Below are positions 13,951 through 25,972 of a DNA stretch of 64,000 nt, piece by piece (the first letter of the stretch is position 1; the number at the start of each line of letters is the position of its first letter). Origin of the DNA: Octopus vulgaris (taxonomy: Eukaryota); the NCBI GenBank assembly GCA_951406725.2, contig OX597840.1, positions 38,936,001 through 39,000,000 of the forward strand, given 5' to 3'. A program made the translations under genes and the position numbers. The notes under the pieces were generated by a model that ran no database searches, had not been told where the DNA came from, and saw only the letters and a program-made list of their open reading frames with translations.

Positions 13951-15989
13951 ATATATATATAACTTCTCCGAATTAACAGTCAAATCTCCACTGAAGTCAA
14001 CTCTACCATGTCAACAGTAAGTCATGAAACACAGGATATCACTGGAGGGTAATTATTTGACATGTTTGTATGATCAGATGAGGCCTGTATCTCTCGCTCA
14101 AAACCAACAGCGACAAGGCAATGCCAAACATAACTGCCGGAATATGAAGAACGTTACTATCATAGTACTTTGTTTACGTAAATATCTCTTGATCTTTGAT
14201 TGACCAACTTAGTTCTGTGTCACTCTCATCGATGCCTCGTTATGAACAGGGATATCTCAAGTTTAAATACTGAATTATAAATAAGCTAAAATAAACAAAG
14301 CAAAAATAGAAAGACGAAGATATTATTATCAGTAGACAGAACAATCGAATCAAGAACATATGTAATAAACAACAATGCTTTGGTCATAATCGAAATAAAG
14401 AGAAAATTGAAAGTGTTAAAAAAATGACACCTCTGTCACAATTGAAACGGAAGTGTTAACATCTTTAATGTTTCAAACAGCAGCTGAATTGTAATAAAAG
14501 GACATTGATAATATCTGCTTATTTATTCAGCGTTATATTTCAAATAAAAGCACAAATCTATTATTTGCGATCGTTGTTAACTTTACACTTTCCGTTTTAT
14601 CTTTAATTTCTTTGAGTCTTCTCGGTTTTAGATTGCGTTCTTTGAAATGTTGTTCGTATTATTATTTTGGCAACAGCGAGGAGCGTCTTACATTATCTTG
14701 ATATATCTGAAAGTTTAGTGAGTGTACGAATATCTAAGTGTGTGTGTGTGTGTGATGATGTATATGGCTATCTGTGATGATATGGGAGTATGTGGATGTT
14801 TGCTATTGTCTAAATGAAATACTAAGGGAGTCAGTATTTAACATTTAAAGACAGAAATTTTGGTTAGCTTTTCGATCATTAGATAAACTAAATACAATAG
14901 GCTTGGCATAATAATTTCATGTATTTTAAATTATAGAGAGGAAACATACTATGTGACTGAGATCTTCAGAAATCCAGAACTTACCCAACCAGCAAACTGA
15001 TCCTTTTCAGGAGAGATGGTCTTCATAAATTTAATATGTACCAGTATAGTGAAACCCGAAAAAAAGCGGCTAAAACTGAAGACAACCGCAATCAATTACT
15101 AGGGATCGGGAGAGAAGGGGCTCATTTCCAGCGCCCTATGTTCTATATGGATTAGAAGGATTAAGAAGAATTAAGTGTAGGATTCATGCGTCATATTTCC
15201 AACATGAGAAAGTGCCGAACTGAAAGAGGGAACGTAAATGTTGAATGGCAGTTGCAAACCTTAAATTTGTGAATGATTTCAAGAAAGATTTAACTACCAG
15301 AACTGATGGATTGAAAATAACATCACAGTATATTCAATAAAAAAACAAAACAAACATGTTCCTTCCTATTTCCATCGCCGCTGTTGAATATAGTTTTATC
15401 TAAAGCAGCTTTGAATATATTGGACCAGAAAGAAAGAGGTGAAGCAGGATTGATGACAAAACTGAGTGATGACAAAACTTAGCAAATATCTTGCTGGAAA
15501 TTAATTGTCTGAATTGCAAAACGATAATCCGTCCGTATTAAACTGATACACATATTGTTGATATGCGGTATAATCGGCTTTAAGCAAATAACAATTCAAG
15601 GCCGACATCTATCAGCATTCCCAGGTCACACCAAAGAATCATCACATGTCCCGTAAATATAGGAAGTTCCCATTGTCCACTTATTGCGTCTTTAAAATCT
15701 TACCAGGAGCTCGTTATCCTTGCAGGGATACTATGGCCCTTTAACCTTCGCATCGACCAGTAATGCGAATGCTTGTACTAATTTGATTAGAATTGTTTTC
15801 ATTTAGCCCGGAGGATAATATTCTTCCGTTCATTGAACTGAAAACATTTCTTGAATTGTAAAAATATTGAATTCCGAGAAAACGAAAAGCAAAGCTGAAT
15901 GCAACAAAATTTCAGCTTAAAGTAAAAGCCTGCAACTTAATAATACTATAAGATGACACAATGAGTGGATGCTTAGGGGTTCCTGGTAT

Positions 15990-16181
15990 TAAGGGTATTG
16001 CGAAAGCATGGTTCAGGTCTTCCCAGTTCTTTTACAGGACTTAGAAGTACTGAAGGACCACAGAAATAAGTGGGTGAATCTGAAAGGGTAATATGTTGAA
16101 TAAAATCATAACTAGCTGATCGTCCTGTATGTTCCTTTACCTAAATCCAGGGGCTTTTCAGCACCCCCGCCCCACCCCGTA
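15990..16181 (+). mobile_element. Mariner-type transposon 3' remnant
   Basis: GLRS/LEVLKDHRNKWVNLKG*YVE* resembles the mariner C-terminus (W.KC....G.Y.E), followed by a TIR-like CTTTTCAGCACCCC. Confidence 0.6.
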
Positions 16182-17385
16182 TTTCAGTCCATTTAACGGT
16201 TTATCCAATCCCTTTTCTGAAAGTATAGTGAAACCCGGAAAAAGCAGCTGAAATTGTTTAGCCCCTTGTGGGCAGTAAAGAAATATAATACTCCCAAGCA
16301 ATGTTCTCCTGTTATATTATGTCACAAGGTTCCGTGTCAGTCCACCATTACCAGTTGGAAATCGTTTGAGTGCGGAAATACTTCTGATAGGTAGAACAGA
16401 AATCAACAGTTCTTAGGAACAACTCTTCAGCGAAGTGGTAGCAAACTTGCTAGAAATAGGGAGCTAAATCCCATCAAATAGCATTTAACCCTCTTAATCG
16501 CAGTGGAAATACAGGTAAATGTAAATTCAGGTAAGATTTGATGGTCATAAGTGGCAATTCTCTGTTATAGTTTCATCGTGATTAATTGGCTACAAAGTAA
16601 AATAGTCATTCTGGGAATATTTATGATGTTCACCTTCACCTGTCAAACCCGTCTCAGAGCCATATTTGACTCAAAATTAACCTAAGAGAAAGAAGGATTC
16701 GTTGCAGAACAATTTTGTTCTTAAGAATTTGGATCTCAAGAATACTTTCTTTATTTGATTCTGTTCTTACATTTTCAGATTTACATATTCGATATGGCCA
16801 TTAGGGGAAACATCATTGCAATTTTACTTCCGTGTGTCCTGCTGAGGAAAGCAGAGCTGAAGATTCGTAAATGTTCACCACAGGGAAGATTTAAACAGTT
16901 AAGAAGCATAAAGCATGTATAATTCGGCGATATCAGAAAAAGATTTTAGATACAGCGGGAGACCACCGAGAGCAGTTATAATAATTGATGTCATATGTGG
17001 AATCTAGACTGAATATTAATTGTCAAAACATCGGACATATAATCAAATGCACCAGCAATGATGGAATCCTTTTTAGCTAGTGGCTACCCAGCAGACTCGA
17101 TATTTATATTGTTAAACCCCTCAGCGACACTGAATTCAACTGCGTCTAACCTGAATTGAGATGATCAGTAATATCACACATAAATTCCCTTAACGCTACA
17201 TTACAATACTATAAATATTAATTACGCAATTCGCAAATAAATCTGAAGTCACATCTTATTTACAGCCGCATAATTTTCTCAACGGGATATCTTATATACT
17301 ATGGTAGCCATGCAAATTGTAATCTGTAAATAAAGTGACTGGTTTATATACGTTACAGTCGTACACTAATACTGCCAAGAAATAC

Positions 17386-17600
17386 GGCGGCGAGCTGGCA
17401 GAAACGTTAGCGTGCCGGACGAAATGCTTAGCGGTATTTCGTCTGCCGTTACGTTCTTAGTTCAAATTCCGCCGAGGTCGACTTTGCCTTTCATCCTTAC
17501 GGGGTCGATAAATTAAGTACCAGTTACGCACTGGGGTCGATATTATCGACTTAATCCGTTTGTCTGTCCTTGTTTGTCCCTTCTGTGTAGTAAAGCAAAA
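17386..17600 (+). mobile_element. SINE family A
   Basis: GGCGGCGAGCTGGCAGAAACGTTAG head and GCCTTTCATCCTTACGGGGTCGATAAATTAAGTACC. Confidence 0.9.
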
Positions 17601-19457
17601 GGTAGTTCTTTCAGATTAAAAGACAAAACGATAAAGTACCTGCTGGTTTATGAGACGCTCTTCTTTTCCAAAATATGTTTTAAAAAAATACTACGGCTCT
17701 CTTATCTGAAGTTGCGTCGCTCATAAGCTTGTTTGTTTTTATCACGCACGTTTCTGGCATATTTTTTCATTGTAATCATGTAAAATATTTTAACTCTTAC
17801 TAGTTATTAGTTTATGCATAATTATACTAATGGATTACTACTCATATTAAAGATTATCAGACTACTAGCTGGCCTCCATGCCGTCAGGATTAACGGCTAA
17901 TTGTAGTGTTTTATATATAAATATGAATGGTATACATGCGTAAGTGAGTGTATTCGCACGCGTATATGTGTGTGTGGGTGTATGTGTGTGCGTGCGTGCA
18001 TGATGAACTTCCACACTGTTTCTCTCATCCTAATTCCCTCACAAAGCATTGCTTAGCACGAAGCTGGACAGAGAAACACTGGGTCCAGATGCGGCGCAGT
18101 TGTTCGAAACAGGTAAACACTTGGTTGCAAAGCGAAATTCTTAACCACTCAGCTGAAAGTACACTGAACGTCTCTGAACGCTTGACAATTCTTGGATATT
18201 AACGCAAAAACATAAAACCTAAATTCTTTATATACAGAACTCAAAAAAATACCTCAGGTGAAATTGACCCATGACAAAATTCCGTTTCGGAAGGCAAACC
18301 TGGAACAAATTATCGCAACACGTGTATGAACATTTCCAAAATTCTACCACTCCTCAATAAGAAATATTTAAATGTCTAAGAAGACATTTTTTCCTGTTTC
18401 TCCAAAGCTATTTATCATCATATTGTATATAGTTCTCAACAAGATGGCTAATTAAACGAACACATCGTCGGAAAGATAATAAAAGAAAAAACACCTTATA
18501 TTCTGTTTTTTTTCCTCCTTTGTGTATTTCTTAAAATTTCATTTTCAATAACAATAACCGTCAGAAAGAATGAAAAAGCACACATCAGAGCAAAGGTTAG
18601 TGACAAGTCTAAAACGATTGAAATGAAAAATTACATATATTTTTAATTAATTAATTATATGTATACACACACACGGACACGCACAAACACACACATATAA
18701 AAGCCTAAATATATGTGTGTGTGTATATATACATATGTATAAGTATTTATATATTATGTATACACAAACGCACAAATATATATATATATACTAATCTATC
18801 TATGTGCATATATGTATATATATATATATATAACCATGTATCTATGTATGTATATATATATATATATATATAAATATGAATATATATATATTACTTTGTA
18901 TTTGTGAGATTTTTATTGACTTGTTGTCGCTACCGCTTTCTGTCTTTTATAGGTTGCTCTGTTGATGGACAGACGTTTAGAGACAGATACATATTTGTAC
19001 AAATCTTAGACGCATAGGTATACGTATATACACGCAAATATATATGCATTTATTTATATATATATATATATACATGTATGTAACTATCTATCTATGTATC
19101 TCTCTATCTATATAGATAGATAGATATACCTACTTTTATTTTCATACATTCATATTTAAATGGTCACACATCCTATTTTTTCCTTTCTATTGACATGAAT
19201 ATATTCATACGTATCTGTGTATGTAGGTGGGGTATATATATATATATGTATGTATTATTATGTATGTATGAATTCTAATGTTCTTTTCGTTTGTGCGTCT
19301 CTTTGTCTCCCATCTAAGTACACACATACTTCCATTGTAACACAGGAAATTACAAATATATGTTGAAGAGTGCATCCATGTCGACAAAGTGCGAAGTTGC
19401 CACTCCCAGCCGGCAACAAACATTCACTCGTGCATACATGCATACATATACACACAT

Positions 19458-19488
<31 letters not shown>

Positions 19489-19625
19489 GGTAGATAGATT
19501 CCTTGGTAGATATAGACATATATACATATTGTTGCATATATATAGTGAGATATACATACGTACACACGCAGACACTCACACACAAAACACATATATAAAT
19601 GCATGTATTTATGTATATATAAATA

Positions 19626-19671
<46 letters not shown>

Positions 19672-19702
19672 TTATACTTACGTGTGTATTTACAGAAACA
19701 CG

Positions 19703-19767
<65 letters not shown>

Positions 19768-20745
19768 TACATATATACGTGTGTGTGTATATGTGTGTGT
19801 ATTTGTATAGTTCAACACATGCATAATACCACATTAACACATTAAAATATATGACATAGTTAAACGTGTATATTTATCTATTCATCATCGGCGCTATTTC
19901 GAATTCCAGACCTCTACTCCTTTCAGTGACATCTACAATTGTTCAAACTGAATTGAGATAAATTAGATCAGGTGGGGAAAAAATATCTCATTGACGAGAG
20001 ATAGCGATAAAGAATAAAGAAAAATTATGAAGAATTCTACTTGCCTATAATATTGAAAAGTCAAAGGAATTTTGACAGTTTATACAAAATAAATTATTAT
20101 TGATATCTTTTTTCTGTATATGTTTTTTTTTTCGTATGAGGATGTAACGTATATATGCTCATCAACGGTTTGTAATAAGTATGATTGACTATGCGTTCGT
20201 GTTCGCTTGTTTGTCTTTGCTTGTATGTGTTCCAGCTTGAGTGTGTCTGTTTGTTTTGTTATCATGTGAGATTATAAAGATCTGCCTCTGCTCCAGCATA
20301 GCTATTGCAGTTCCCACGATCATTGCAAGAGAGTTAATGAAAATTAACACTCACTTCGTTTCTATATATGTGCTTCGTTTATATAACAATCAGTTGTAAC
20401 TTGAACCATACCTGCAAATTCTGTGTGTAATGTTTTAGCTTTCATTAGTTCAACAGCGGCTGACTAGTTGAATGTACATTAGTATAGCTAGATCAGTAGT
20501 TAGATAACTTGTTGTAATTAAACCCAAAATTTTGTTCACTAACTAAATCTGACTTCTAGCATTGTGGATGTGTGGCTTGATTCATATAGATGGATATATA
20601 TAGCTTTAACAATGAGAAGTTGTCGACACGTTCGGTATTTTAATAATTAAAAGTTTCTTAAATGTAAAAATATTGCATTCCTAAGGTTGCGTTGCATGAA
20701 GAATGAGAAATAGGTATAAAATATAAGCGTTTTTGTGTAGATAGC

Positions 20746-20794
<49 letters not shown>

Positions 20795-21167
20795 ACGTAT
20801 GTATGTATGTATGTATGTATGTATATAAAGAATAAGGAGAAAATTGAGAGCTCATTAGTAAAATTATTTATTAATTATCAAATATGACAACATTTCTGAC
20901 AGCTGTTTCCATTCAGAAATCTTTAGATAATTAATTTATACATTTAAAATCATTATAAGAAGAATCAATACAGAGGTAGCAAAGATATACCGATTAGAAT
21001 TACATGTTGAGATAAAGGCTATAAAACCGTGAATTTATAGCATAGATACGGTTACCTTATAGTTGAATTTTCTATAGATTTGTAACTAACCATATTTTCA
21101 TTGGATTACTGATCCCTTAAAGATGTTTATTACCTTTACTTAATTATGTTTATTACCTTTACTTCAT

Positions 21168-21213
<46 letters not shown>

Positions 21214-21311
21214 AATATCGAATATAGTATAACATTTTTCGAAAAAATTCTATCAATGGCCAGCATATAAGAAAATACCTTTAAAGGTTAAATTTATAAA
21301 CAATATATATG

Positions 21312-21462
21312 TAAGGGCAACATAATATATTTCTAATGCCAACATATGCCCAAAATGGACATAACGTCAATAATCATGTAATTACATGTAAATTACATGG
21401 TTATTGACGTTATGTCTATTTTCGGCATATTTTGCCATTAGAATTTTTTTCTGTTCCCCTTA
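21312..21462. repeat. ~70-bp-arm inverted repeat (hairpin)
   Basis: GACATAACGTCAATAATCATGTAATT pairs with AATTACATGGTTATTGACGTTATGTC; imperfect pairing extends out to TAAGGG/CCCTTA. Confidence 0.85.
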
Positions 21463-21472
21463 TATATATATA

Positions 21473-21556
<84 letters not shown>

Positions 21557-21699
21557 GTATAAATATATATATGCATGCATATATATATATATAAGCATGT
21601 ATATATACATATATATATTTATATGTGTGTGTGTGTGTACATATGCATACATACATACTAATACATATACCACCATTCTTTTGTTCTTTTGCTTCTTTG

Positions 21700-21890
21700 A
21701 ATCATTTCGCTGTGGCTATGCTGAAACACCATTTTTTAGTCTAAGAAATCGACCACTGGACTCTTTGTAAGGCTGGTACTTACTTTATCAGTCCTTGTGC
21801 CGAACCACTAAGTTACGGGAACGTGAACACTATGACAGCGGTGGTCAATCGATACCGGAGGGGACAAACGCAGACACAAACACACACATA
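21700..21890 (-). mobile_element. Degenerate SINE family B 3' half
   Basis: TGTGGCTATGCTG..CACC, TGCCGAACCACTAAGTTACGGG. Confidence 0.65.
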
Positions 21891-21891
21891 A

Positions 21892-21986
<95 letters not shown>

Positions 21987-23226
21987 ACTGTCCCTATGCA
22001 TGCATGTATGAGGTAAATATGTAGGCATATGTATTACATGTATGTCTCTGTGTGTGTGTGTGTGTTTGCGTGTTTAAAAGGAAAATATTTACGTGTAATC
22101 CACTGAGTGATATCTCCCTCAACCTATTGAACGAGTAACATCAATTATATGAATAGACAAATAATAAATGTACAAATAATTTTAGCGCCTGTCTAAATAG
22201 AGTTTTATTTAAATATGGAAATAAATATTTACTTTGATACATAAAATTAGCTGTTATTAAATGAAGTTTTACTATAACGACTGCTTGCATATAAAATGAA
22301 GGATTCTGTTCATATACAAAAATATAAAATAAATATTGAATATCTGTTTAAATTTAATTGCTTTATGTATACATAAACATCTACATACGGGCACTGAATT
22401 GCCAGACAAGAATGATAAATAAAAGAGTATTTCTGATCGAATATTTGCGATCTCTGAATTTGAGAAGCATAAAACTCGGTGCAACGGTTAGTAGAGTATA
22501 TTAAAGGATTTTCTCGTACTTGCGTTTCCAGGACAGAAATTATAATTATGATTATCTTAAATTATGATTACCGTGGGATTATATTCGAGACTGATAAATG
22601 TTCTTGTTATGAGTGCAACATCTCTCTTATTTCACACGAGTTGTCTTTGAATGAGGACAGCCATATTGTCGACTCTAAAATACAAATAGACAATATGGCG
22701 ACAACTGTAATTCTCTCGAGGTAGCATTCATTAGATAAGCGCGTAACTGGGCCCGTAAAAGAAAAAAATATATATATTTTAAAAGTGCTCTGAACTTAAT
22801 TGCAAACCACACAATTCCCAGAGAGGAACGTTAATGAAAGGTTTCGAAGGATATCAATAGAATTTTTTTTCGCCATGATCATTTACCCGTTTAATTCATG
22901 GAGATTTTGTTTCCGAAAATTATAAAGAAAATCTACGCAGAATTATACAGTGACTGTTACGCATTGAGTATGTTATGCATGAAAGAGACAAGACCTACCT
23001 GTGTGCAAGAACTACGTAAGGGAAGGAAGTGTTGCACTTTTAACGTATTATGATTGTCATACCTTCATATTGCTAATTACGGTTCAAAGGTATGTATGCA
23101 CTTTTATTCTTGTACCAAGGGATACATGCGAGTATAAATGAGCTTGTGGAGATAGATATACGTGCATCTATGTATGAATTTTTTTCTCTCTCTCTCTGTT
23201 TATATATATATATATATATATATATG

Positions 23227-23273
<47 letters not shown>

Positions 23274-23275
<2 letters not shown>

Positions 23276-23454
23276 TGCCAAGCTGTATCGGCCTTTGTCT
23301 TTCCCTTGGATAACACTGGTGGCGTGGAGAGGGGAGGCCGGTATGCATGGGCGACTACTGGTCTTCCATAAAAACAACCTTGCCCAGACTTGTGCCTCAG
23401 ATGGGAACTCTCTGGGTGCAAACCCATGGTCACTCATGACCGAAGGGGGTCTTT

Positions 23455-23455
<1 letters not shown>
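23274..23455 (+). mobile_element. GC-rich repeat fragment, probable SINE 3' half
   Basis: GC-rich non-coding island between (TA)n tracts; recognised only tentatively. Confidence 0.45.
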
Positions 23456-23506
<51 letters not shown>

Positions 23507-23535
23507 GTAAGATAATATGTGACAATTATTTAATA

Positions 23536-23605
23536 GCCAAGATAAAACTCTGGGTTTCGGATGCCGAAATGGAGATCCACAACACCATTTCTTCGGTTAT
23601 CTGGC
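23536..23605 (-). ncRNA. Type I hammerhead variant (CCGAAGA core)
   Basis: gccagataa CCGAAGA aatggtgttgtggatctccatttcggcatcc GAAA cccagag TT ttatcttggc. Confidence 0.6.
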
Positions 23606-23667
23606 CATCTGAAAAACGCAATGAAAAAAGACAGTTATACAAAGGGAAATTACTGTGTTATAATTCC

Positions 23668-23737
23668 GCTAGATAACCGAAGAGATGGTGTTGTGGATTT
23701 CCTCTTCGGCATCCGAAACTCAGAGTTTTATCTTGGC
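23668..23737 (+). ncRNA. Type I hammerhead variant (CCGAAGA core)
   Basis: gctagataa CCGAAGA gatggtg...ggcatcc GAAA ctcagag TT ttatcttggc; stem I AGATAA/TTATCT. Confidence 0.65.
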
Positions 23738-23852
23738 TATTGAATAATGGTAACTTATTATTTTACAGATAAATTTCCTCTATTTATATAATATGAGGTC
23801 TCTTTCTTTCTTTTGTTATCTTACCGTTTTTACCAATATATATATATGTATA

Positions 23853-24038
23853 GTTAATCCAAATATGAAAACACCATGAGAAAACACAAGAACGCGAGGA
23901 CGTGGAACAAACATAGTATTATTAGAGGCTCAGGAAGGAAGGGAAGAAGGAGGGTTTTAAGTTTCGAGGGGAGATCTTCGTCAGAATCCAGAGAAGGGAA
24001 GACAGAGGAAAACAAATCGCCAACGGTACACACGAGGT

Positions 24039-24043
<5 letters not shown>
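23853..24043 (-). mobile_element. Short element in (TA)n with a degenerate minimal HHR at 23953-23989
   Basis: Minus strand: ggatt CTGACGA agatctcccctc GAAA c TT aaaacc. Confidence 0.6.
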
Positions 24044-24087
<44 letters not shown>

Positions 24088-24117
24088 TGTGTGTGTGTGT
24101 GTTTGCATGTATATATA

Positions 24118-24170
<53 letters not shown>

Positions 24171-24658
24171 ATATATATATACACATATATATATACTTGC
24201 AGTAATTGATCGGGTAATTACTTTTACGCTATCTCGGGAGCCAAATTCAGAGTGTTATTTTATATATAGTTTTATTCCTCAATATTTCAGCGTCGGAAAA
24301 TATCCTAAAACGAAGATAAAACTCAGTGAAGTATATTCACATTAGATTAATATGGGTTTTTGGGAGGGGCCCATGGTCGGCGTAAGAAATTATCTTTAGT
24401 TAACAACATTTTGAAGAGCCTGATAAATATTTGTTACAAATTTGGAGGAAAACAAACGGATACACTTCAAATTACGGGCCTTAACGTATGTTTATTTTGT
24501 ATGTTTGTATGCGTATCAATATATGTGTGTATTTGTATGTATGTAGTTGTGCATGTCATTTTATGTGTGCGCCTTTATATGCGTGCGTTTGCATGATGAA
24601 CGAAGTATCTAACTTTCGTTAGATACATTTTACGAACGAAAAATTCCAAATAATCTAA

Positions 24659-24883
24659 CTCTCTTTACTCTTTTACTCTTTTACTTGTATCAGTCATTTG
24701 ACTGTGGCCATGCTGGAGCACCGCCTTTAGTCGTGCAAATCGACGCCGGGACTTATTCTTTGTAAGCCCAGTACTTATTCTATAGGTCTCTTTTGCCGAA
24801 CCGCTAATGTGACGGGGACGTAAACACACCAGCATCGGTTGTCAAGCAATGCTAGGGGGACAAAGACAGACACACAAACACAT

Positions 24884-24932
<49 letters not shown>

Positions 24933-25094
24933 TACGACATGCTTCTTTTCAGTTTCCGTCTACCAAATCCACTCACAAGGCATTGTTCGGCCCGGGGCTT
25001 TAGCAGAAGACACTTGCCCAAGATGCCACGCAGTGGGACTGAACCCGGAACCATGTGGTTGGTTAGCAAGCTACTTACCACACAGCCACTCCTG
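24659..25094 (-). mobile_element. SINE family B, full length
   Basis: Reverse complement of the 6317 family. Confidence 0.92.
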
Positions 25095-25723
25095 ACCTCT
25101 CTATCTTTTTATTTTCCTCTTTCTTTCATTTCTCTTTCCTTCTTTTCTTTCTTTTTTCTTTCTCCAACCACTTGTTATTCCTTAATTTTCTTTTCGGTTT
25201 CTTTCTCTCGACTGTAACCAGTAAGTTGTATAAGCATACCCCAGAGGGTATTATGCGTGTGCATGTATGTGCATGCATACGTATCTATGCATTTGTATAT
25301 ATTTATGCTCTGCCTATATCCGCCTGTATATGTATGCAGCCATGTACCAAGGCCAGTATGTTTACTGTACATATGTGTATATATGTCGTTTGGTAAGTGT
25401 ATGTATTGCTAAATGTAAATGCGTTTTAGGATGATAGTTTTTTGGTAAAAGTTATTAGAGGGATATATATTTCAACTTTTTTAAAATTTATTATTTTTTG
25501 TTACCATTAATTATTTACCCAGATCTTTCCTTCTACGTAAACTTTTTTTGATTTAAGATTTACTTCGATTCTTATATTAATGATTTTAAACCATAATTGT
25601 AATTTCATGTAACCGATTATTGAAAATACCGCTAGTAGAAAGGACCAATGTAACTAAACCGATTTCAAATGAGTATCTCTCAAAATAATTGTATATTTAT
25701 GCATCGAACCTTATTTTGTTCCA

Positions 25724-25882
25724 TTCTAAACGAAACTGTCCGAAGAACAGGAACGTGAGACTCTGAATAACACTTTTTCTGATATCTTTGGTGTGTTTTT
25801 TTTATATAAAGCCTATTACTCTAACTCCGGTATTCGAGTACTCTTTGTTCTAACTTGTTTCACATCTATGTGCTTACTCTGG
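25724..25882 (+). mobile_element. Second copy of the 12821 HHR element (degenerate HHR 25733-25776)
   Basis: aaactgt CCGAAGA acaggaacgt GAGA ctctgaa TA acacttt...TATTACTCTA..GGTATTCGAGTACTCTTT..TGTTTCACAT aligns with the reverse complement of 12821-12974. Confidence 0.75.
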
Positions 25883-25926
25883 TTTGTACACACACAAACA
25901 CACACATACACACGCACCACGCACAT

Positions 25927-25972
<46 letters not shown>

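Larger units (their letters stand above)
23504..23836. mobile_element. Palindromic element with an HHR fold in each inverted arm
   Basis: Arms 23504-23605 and 23668-23769 are inverted copies; homologous to 41694-42030; flanked by (TA)n. Confidence 0.8.

Noticed and set aside
15043-16255. ~35-bp direct repeat GTATAGTGAAACCCG..AAAAGC
   Set aside because: Short and diverged, with no clear element boundaries
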